Part shown: positions 9,343 through 15,092 of the stretch, one piece after another
How positions within the stretch are numbered: the first letter of the stretch is position 1
Layout of the letters: every line of letters begins with the position of its first letter
Assembly: GCA_013003255.1 (NCBI GenBank)
Contig: JABDJZ010000367.1
Coordinates: 1 to 34,511, forward strand
From: Rhodothermales bacterium
GTDB taxonomy: Bacteria > Bacteroidota > Rhodothermia > Rhodothermales > UBA10348
Length of the DNA stretch: 34,511 bases
Direction of reading: 5' to 3'
The notes under the pieces: model-generated
What the model was told of the DNA's origin: nothing
Seen by the model: the letters and a program-made list of their open reading frames with translations, nothing else
The model's database searches: none
Program-made: the position numbers and the translations under genes

Positions 9343-12300
9343 CTATAGGGTCCAGGAAAGCGCTGCAGACAACGTGAATGTGTTGTAGCTGTCGATGAAG
9401 CTTGTTGCCCCGGATCCCAGGGATCGGGTGGACTGACCCAGCGAACCGGACATGTTGAATGACCAGTTAGCGGCCAGGCGCTTGATCCAGTCCATCTCCA
9501 CGCGTCGTGAGACGAACCCGGAGGAGCGTGCCACGATGCCCATGGCTCCGCGAAGCCGGATGTAGGACTGGAACGGGATGTTCTTCTCGTACTCCAGGAA
9601 GAGGTCGTACGAGGAGTAATTGCGGGGCGAGAAGTACAGATCGGTCCGGGACCGGTAGTCGATCTGGTAATAGGTGATGCCCAGCCACGTGTTCGGGACG
9701 ACGCGATAGGACGCCTCGAGCAGGATGTTCGTACCGAAGTTGGTGTCGTTCGCCGTACCCGGGGTGCCGAAGTTGTCACGGACCACGTTGAAGGACACGT
9801 TTCCGTGCAGACGAAGGGTCGAGTCCGGCATCACGCTTGGCACGAAGCCCTGGAAGTTCAGCTGCGTCAGGCGGAGGTTGTACTCGCCGCCGGCCGGTGA
9901 CCAGAGATCAATGGAGCCTTCGCCTACCCGCAGGCCAACGGATCCGCGATACACACCCGGATCCTGCCTCCAGTAGCGGATGCCACCGAATCCAACGGTA
10001 CGGCCACCTTCGTAGTCGTAAATCCCTACCTCGCCGGAGAGGCGATTCGTGTAGGCCGCGTGGTTGTACTGCATCTCGGGAGGCGTCAGGTCGCGGTATC
10101 CGGCCGCGAAGACCTGGTTGACGCGTCCGCGGGTCTCGGCAGATCCTGGAATGAGTTGGCGGGTACCCTCAATGAAGTGCGAGTTCACGCCGGCCATGAA
10201 CACGGTGCCGTATCCCCACGGGATGGTCACGTGCGTCTGCATGCCCTGTGCCCAGCGGTCATAACGCGTGCCGCCACCGCGGGCCAGGACGGCCTCGGCC
10301 ACGGGCACGATGATGCCGGCAAAGTCCAGCCCCTGCCACTCGCCGCTCTGCGCCAGACTCTGGCGCATGCTGAGGTCGAGGGCAGCGGAGCGCTCCTCAA
10401 CGGTTTCAGAGGCATCAGCCAGGGCCTGCGCATCCGCATAGACGGCCTCGGCCTGCGTAAAGAGACCCAACTCCCGGTAGGCATCCGCCTGAAGGAAGCG
10501 AACCTCGTAGTCACGCGGGTTGCGCGTAGCGAGATCCTCGAGGGTGCGAAGTGCACCGGAGTAGTCCTCGCGGTAGTACTGGTTGCGCGCGATCTCCTTG
10601 GCCACGTCGTACTCCCAGGCCTGCTGCTGCAGCGCGTTGAGAATCGAAAGTGCGGCCACGTAGTCGGCAGCGGCCGAATGGACCTGCGCCAGCTCCTTCA
10701 GCTCCGAACGGGAGCGGCGGCCCTGGGCCTCGAAGTAGTCTTCGTACGCAGCGATGGCCTGATTGAACTGGCGTGCCGCCGCCAAACGACGCGCGTTGTT
10801 CAGTACCTCAATGCGATCCGCCTCGGCGGTTCGAATCCGCTCGCGGGCCACCAGCTGGGCCACGGTCGAGATGCGGGTGTCAAATCGGGAGTCGTTCAGG
10901 GCGTCCGCCGTACGGACGTAGTTGTCGGCGGCCTCCACATCACCCCGGAGGAGACGGTACTCGGCCAGTACCAGCAGAAGTTCTGGATCGGTCTGACCGA
11001 CGGTCCCCATCAGGTTGTCGACATAGGCTTCGCCCAACTGGTCCAGATCACCCATCGAAATGGAAGCCAGGACGAAGAGGCGCTGGAACCCTGTGTTGTC
11101 CGGCTGGCGATCCAGCAGGTAGTCGGCCTGCTGCAGAGCCTGCTCGTAGTAGCCGCGGGACTGAAGTGCCTCCGCGAAATCGCCCCGGAGTGCATCATTG
11201 CCGGGCTCGACGCTGAGCAATTCGGCGTAGGTCTCGAAGGCGTCCTCGTCACGGCCCAGCACCAGGTAGTGCGTTGCAATCTCACGGAGGGCTTCGCGGT
11301 TGCCGGGATTGGCCACCAGGATGTCCTCAAGCTCCATCACGCGGCGCTCGGCCACGGCCAGACGCATCTCGGCGATGGTGCGCAGACGGTTCTGGTACCC
11401 GGGGTTGCCCGGATCGCCGTAGCGTGCGTCCGTCAGGACATCCAATGCTTCCTGAACACGACCGGCTTCGGCGAGCTCATCCACCAGGGCGAATCGCGTG
11501 CTGGTGTCGCTCGGGTCAAAGGCCAGCCGATAGGTCAGGCGGTCAATGGCAAAAATGGGCGTTCCGGCACGGACGAGTCCGTCATCCACCCTGACGAAGG
11601 CGGTGAGCCAGCGACGGCCATCGCCGTGCCGATCCTCGAGAATTCGGAGCTGATCCCAGGCCTCCGCATACCGGTCATACTTGATCAACTGGTCTACGAG
11701 GCTGAAGCGCTTCTCGTCATCACCCGGCGTGGAGCGCAGTTCGCGATACAGGCGATCCACAATGAATTCCGGTGCCGGCTGAACGGGACCGCGGCGCTCC
11801 ACGGAGCGCAGGCCGGCCTGAGCGCGCTGGTTGTAGCGTCTCCACTGGTTGGTCCGGCGGTGCCGCGGCGCGAGGTAGTCCAGATTCTGCTTGGCCTCGA
11901 AGTAGCGGCGGTTCTCCAGTAGGAGGCCCACCAATTCGAAGCGCTTGGCGTCCTGATTGGGGCTGGCCATCAGCTCCCGGGTCAGGACATCAATGGGATA
12001 GGTCGAGAGACGGGACCGACCGCCGTCATCCAGGCGTGCCAGCTGAGTGGAAACCGAGGTCCAGCGGGTCTGCCAGCGGTCGGAATCGCCGTGGCGGGTA
12101 CGCAGGTATTCCAGATTCTGACGGGCCTCGAAGTAGCGATCATCGCCGATCAGCAGGTCGACCAGCTCAAAACGAGTCTCGTCCTTGCTGGGATTGGCCA
12201 TCAATTCCCGCGTCTTCACGTCGATCGGGAAGGTGGACAACTGCTGCGGTGTCGCCGTCAGGCCGCGTGTAACTGCACGGTCGCGACTCTTCCATTCTGT

Positions 12301-13209
12301 CTCGGCTCCGCGACGATCCGCCATGAGGTCCAACTGCTGCCGGGCCTCGAAGTAGCGCTCGGCCTGGATGAGCAGGTCGATGAGTTGGTAGCGGCGAGCG
12401 TCATCATTCGGATTGGCGCGAACCTCGCGGAACGCCACGTCAATCGGGAAGGTGGAGGAGCGGGCAATCACATCGGGATTGCGGGCCTGCAACTGGCAGT
12501 CCTGCGCTTCCTTGTTGCCCGGGTTGAGCAGTAGAGACTGTTCGCAGGCCTCAAGCGCGCCGGCATAGTTACCCTGCCACAGTCGAAAGAAGCCGAGGCG
12601 CATCCACAGGTCATCGTCAGTCGTGTAGATCTCCACGTACTCGGTGGCCACCGACTCACCAAGCGCGTTGTCGCCCTGGTAGTTGGCGATCGCGATCAGG
12701 TAGCGCTGGACGATGTCCGGTGTGCCCTGGGTCTGATCCAGATAGATGCTGTACTGCTCGGCAGCCTCCCGGTAGTACTGCGCGTCGAACAGGGCGTCCG
12801 CATAGCGGATCTGAAAGGAGAGGTTGTCCGGGTTGGCCTCAACCAGTCGTCGGAGGCTCCCCAGATTTCCGGTGTTCGGCGAACGATTCCCTCGAATGGC
12901 CTGTAGTCCCTCCAGAGCCTCACTATTGGCGGGATCGATCTCCAGGACCGTCCGGTAGTCCGCTTCCGCGGCGTCTTCATTGCCCAACAGGCGCTGAGCC
13001 TGTGCCCGCAGCAGCAGGGCACGGGTGTCCAGGGTGCCCGGCTGAATGACGCCGTTCAGGATGGTCAAGGCCTCATCGTAGCGACCCTGCTCAATGGCAG
13101 TTTCCGCTCTCGCCTGGGCCGCAACATCCTGGGCGTTTAGAGAAACAGGCGTGGTCGCCACGAGAATCGCGGCGACCAGACTGGCAAATAGGTACCTGTA
13201 TGAGGTCAT
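9343..13209 (-). CDS. 1288-aa outer-membrane export component: signal peptide + long TPR/helical-repeat periplasmic region + C-terminal ~330-aa beta-barrel (PgaA/BcsC/PelB/NfrA-like architecture)
   Basis: MTSYRYLFASLVAAILVATTPVSLNAQD is a signal peptide. TPR-like A/L/Y/E-rich helical pairs run through ~residue 950. From ~958 the sequence switches to alternating Y/G/N/S/T-rich beta-strand patterns (GIRYWRQD, NLRLTQLNFQGF, WLGITYYQIDYRS, DLFLEYEK, TFTLSAALSWTL). Confidence 0.85.
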   Translation of the reverse strand: MTSYRYLFASLVAAILVATTPVSLNAQDVAAQARAETAIEQGRYDEALTILNGVIQPGTLDTRALLLRAQAQRLLGNEDAAEADYRTVLEIDPANSEALEGLQAIRGNRSPNTGNLGSLRRLVEANPDNLSFQIRYADALFDAQYYREAAEQYSIYLDQTQGTPDIVQRYLIAIANYQGDNALGESVATEYVEIYTTDDDLWMRLGFFRLWQGNYAGALEACEQSLLLNPGNKEAQDCQLQARNPDVIARSSTFPIDVAFREVRANPNDDARRYQLIDLLIQAERYFEARQQLDLMADRRGAETEWKSRDRAVTRGLTATPQQLSTFPIDVKTRELMANPSKDETRFELVDLLIGDDRYFEARQNLEYLRTRHGDSDRWQTRWTSVSTQLARLDDGGRSRLSTYPIDVLTRELMASPNQDAKRFELVGLLLENRRYFEAKQNLDYLAPRHRRTNQWRRYNQRAQAGLRSVERRGPVQPAPEFIVDRLYRELRSTPGDDEKRFSLVDQLIKYDRYAEAWDQLRILEDRHGDGRRWLTAFVRVDDGLVRAGTPIFAIDRLTYRLAFDPSDTSTRFALVDELAEAGRVQEALDVLTDARYGDPGNPGYQNRLRTIAEMRLAVAERRVMELEDILVANPGNREALREIATHYLVLGRDEDAFETYAELLSVEPGNDALRGDFAEALQSRGYYEQALQQADYLLDRQPDNTGFQRLFVLASISMGDLDQLGEAYVDNLMGTVGQTDPELLLVLAEYRLLRGDVEAADNYVRTADALNDSRFDTRISTVAQLVARERIRTAEADRIEVLNNARRLAAARQFNQAIAAYEDYFEAQGRRSRSELKELAQVHSAAADYVAALSILNALQQQAWEYDVAKEIARNQYYREDYSGALRTLEDLATRNPRDYEVRFLQADAYRELGLFTQAEAVYADAQALADASETVEERSAALDLSMRQSLAQSGEWQGLDFAGIIVPVAEAVLARGGGTRYDRWAQGMQTHVTIPWGYGTVFMAGVNSHFIEGTRQLIPGSAETRGRVNQVFAAGYRDLTPPEMQYNHAAYTNRLSGEVGIYDYEGGRTVGFGGIRYWRQDPGVYRGSVGLRVGEGSIDLWSPAGGEYNLRLTQLNFQGFVPSVMPDSTLRLHGNVSFNVVRDNFGTPGTANDTNFGTNILLEASYRVVPNTWLGITYYQIDYRSRTDLYFSPRNYSSYDLFLEYEKNIPFQSYIRLRGAMGIVARSSGFVSRRVEMDWIKRLAANWSFNMSGSLGQSTRSLGSGATSFIDSYNTFTLSAALSWTL
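11380..12456 (-). repeat. Five tandem in-frame ~71-79-aa protein repeats inside the TPR/porin gene
   Basis: Units start at residues ~252, 325, 402, 481 and 552. The pattern is S-T-[FY]-P-I-D-V-x-x-R-E-[LV]-x-A-N-P-x-x-D-x-x-R-[FY]-[EQ]-L-[IV]-D-L-L-I-x-x-x-R-Y-F-E-A-[RK]-Q-x-L-[DE]-[YL]-[LM]-x-x-R. At DNA level the 15-mer GGCCTCGAAGTAGCG recurs at 11893, 12124 and 12343 (spacings 231 and 219 nt), and GTC[AG]ATCGGGAAGGTGGA recurs twice. Confidence 0.85.
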
Positions 13210-13224
13210 GACGTTTGGTCGGGA

Positions 13225-14475
13225 TTAAGCCTCGTCCATCGCATAAGTGAGAAACTCGTCTGCACTTTGGAATGGGCGGCCGTCGGGGACGACGATCGCA
13301 GAGACGGCGTGCAGCAGGTGATCTGCCTGCTGGGGCGCGTCTGCGCGGAGTCGGTTTTTGAGTCGTGCGAAGAAGCCTTGCGCTTCCTCGGGCTTGCTGT
13401 CAGCGAGCAGCACGACAAGCCGCTCGTTAATGGCGCTGATCAGCATGTCATCCTGGGGACGGAGGCTATCCGCTACCAGGTCGATAATGAATTCAAAGTC
13501 CACCGGACCGGACTCCGAGGTCTGGTCCATGCGCATGGCCAGCAGGAGAAACGGATTCGCTCCGTCCTCGCGGTCAGCGAAGAACTCCTGGAGTCTCTTG
13601 CCGAAGGCGCCACGGTTCGAGTAGCGCTCAAATGCGTCTTCCTTCTCCACCTTTGGCGCGGCGGTCTCCGCTCCCGTGACATCCGGGGCGACATGGGGGA
13701 ATTGGGGGGGCTTGGGAGCGGCCGGGGCGGTCTGACGGGCGGTCTCCGTAATCACGGGTGTCTGTCCCGGCGTCTGGACGATGTCGGCAAGGTCCCAATG
13801 ACGAACCACCTGGCGCTTGATTTGCCCAATGTGCGGGATGAGGGTCAGACGGCGCTCCGTGCTCGTCATCTCCTCATCAGCGGCCTCAATGTGAATGGCT
13901 CCGGTCATCTGTCCGGCCATGAAGTCAATCACGCGGCGGGACTGGGGGTTGGCCGGCTCCGGCAGCGCAACCACGACCGTGGTGTCCAGCGAATCGATCT
14001 GCTCCAGCATGCGGATGAACTCCATCCGGAACCGGTCGAATGACCTGAACATGACAAACGGCATGAAGTCGTTGATCACCAGGCGATCCGGCCGCTGCTT
14101 GCGAATGATGGTCACCAGATCCCACAGGGCCTTCGCCACGGAGTCATCACCCATCGCCTGGGGATTCATCATCGGGGGAATCCGCATCAGGCGAATCAGG
14201 CCATCCTGCTGCGCCTGCTTCAGATCAAATCCAATGGACGCGGCCTGAATGACCAGGTCCTTGGGGCGATCCGAAGCAATGAAAAGGCAGCGCTCCCCGC
14301 CCTGGACACCGGTCTGGGCGTAGCGCAACGTCAGGAGTCCGCGGCCGGTAGCCGCGCGTCCGAAGGTGAGGTAGGCCCCACCTTTGTAGAGACCACCCCA
14401 TTCCTCATCGAGCGGATCGATGCCGGAAGGGAGCATTGCGGCGAAAGCGGACATGCTTGCTGGCGTGTCTTTCAT
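13225..14475 (-). CDS. KaiC/RecA-superfamily-like domain (degenerate Walker A) + Pro/Ala-rich linker + degenerate GGDEF-like domain; first gene of the operon, candidate regulator
   Basis: ATG at 14475. LPSGIDPLDEEWGGLYKGGAYLTFGRAATGRGLL resembles the KaiC/RadA N-terminus, but the P-loop reads G-RAAT-G-R-G instead of GxxxxGK[ST]. RLVINDF is Walker-B-like. The C-terminal half, FERYSNRGAFGKRL...FLLLAMRMDQ...SLRPQDDMLISAINERLVVLLADS...AVSAIVV...ADEFLTYAMDEA, follows the GGDEF-domain layout without a GG[DE]EF motif. Confidence 0.8.
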   Translation of the reverse strand: MKDTPASMSAFAAMLPSGIDPLDEEWGGLYKGGAYLTFGRAATGRGLLTLRYAQTGVQGGERCLFIASDRPKDLVIQAASIGFDLKQAQQDGLIRLMRIPPMMNPQAMGDDSVAKALWDLVTIIRKQRPDRLVINDFMPFVMFRSFDRFRMEFIRMLEQIDSLDTTVVVALPEPANPQSRRVIDFMAGQMTGAIHIEAADEEMTSTERRLTLIPHIGQIKRQVVRHWDLADIVQTPGQTPVITETARQTAPAAPKPPQFPHVAPDVTGAETAAPKVEKEDAFERYSNRGAFGKRLQEFFADREDGANPFLLLAMRMDQTSESGPVDFEFIIDLVADSLRPQDDMLISAINERLVVLLADSKPEEAQGFFARLKNRLRADAPQQADHLLHAVSAIVVPDGRPFQSADEFLTYAMDEA

Positions 14476-15092
14476 AATGAGCAGGCAGAGAGTTCGATGG
14501 AGCTGGGAGCCGGTATCCGCTTTATCAAACGGTATGCCGAGATTCCCTCAACTCCCCCAGAACGCCCAAAACAGGCTGTTTCGACTGGTTTCGCGTTTCT
14601 CATTGCCTTGATTCCTGTTAGTCCAATCCCTGTTTGAGATCGGTATCGACACGCCGGTCCGGGTTTTGGAGCCGACGCGCAATGGGTTGGATCGGCGGGA
14701 AATCCAGTTCCTCAAGCCTCAGAAGACCCAAGAATGCCCGCACCGGGACCTCTGACCGAGGCTGGACCGGAAGAGCGGCAGCACACAATCAGCCGATGCG
14801 GGATCTCATCCGGAGAACGGCAGGAAGCTTGTAAAGGGGTGTCACCGGGGCCACTGAAGCGGTCTCCACATCCCTGTCATCCTGATTCACTCTCGGTCTC
14901 ACATTGAGCGAACCTCGTCCCATTCGGCGCTTGCCGCTCATCGAAAACGGCCATTTCAGGCCTAAATCGAAGCTTTGGACCACTCGGCGTGAGATTGGCC
15001 CGAACCTTGATGACATGATTCTCGACCGCACCGCGGCCTACCCGGATCAACTTGACATTCGACCCATGTCGGATACGAATCCAACACTTGCC
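14476..15092. promoter_or_regulatory. Long divergent intergenic region, presumed to hold the promoters/leaders of the polysaccharide operon (-) and of the beta-propeller lipoprotein gene (+)
   Basis: About 600 bp with no convincing ORF; only short arginine-rich or out-of-context ORFs are present. GC looks lower than the flanks. I could not recognise specific promoter motifs. Confidence 0.4.

Noticed and set aside
10826-10846. tRNA-like T-arm motif GGCGGTTCGAATCCGCT.
   Set aside because: It sits inside the well-supported TPR/porin CDS. I could not fold any acceptor, D or anticodon arms around it, so it is a chance match to the GGTTCGAATCC T-loop consensus.
10060-11922. 620-aa ORF on the + strand. 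The same applies to other long antisense ORFs: 988-1953(-), 5895-7046(+), 14877-15728(-), 19059-20012(-), 20733-22052(-), 24241-25200(-), 29553-30764(-), 30620-31648(-) and 32384-33103(-).
   Set aside because: Each lies exactly antisense to a gene with clear family signatures (TPR/porin, leuS, accC, gcvP and others). Their translations are Arg/Gly/Ala/Pro/Val-rich with no recognisable motifs. This is typical of shadow ORFs in GC-rich DNA.
2990-14475. Interpretation of the locus as a mobile element, genomic island or defence system because of the KaiC-like ATPase and TPR protein.
   Set aside because: There are no integrase, transposase, tRNA attachment site, flanking direct repeats or nuclease/toxin-type domains. 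The processive GT2, the signal-peptide TPR + beta-barrel and the exported NodB-like proteins point to polysaccharide secretion.
14476-14900. c-di-GMP (GEMM-I/II) riboswitch in the leader of the polysaccharide operon.
   Set aside because: Reading the minus-strand leader by eye, I found no recognisable GEMM tetraloop/receptor or conserved ACGCACAGGGCAAACC-type core. It is kept only as an unexplained long non-coding region, and a covariance-model scan is needed.
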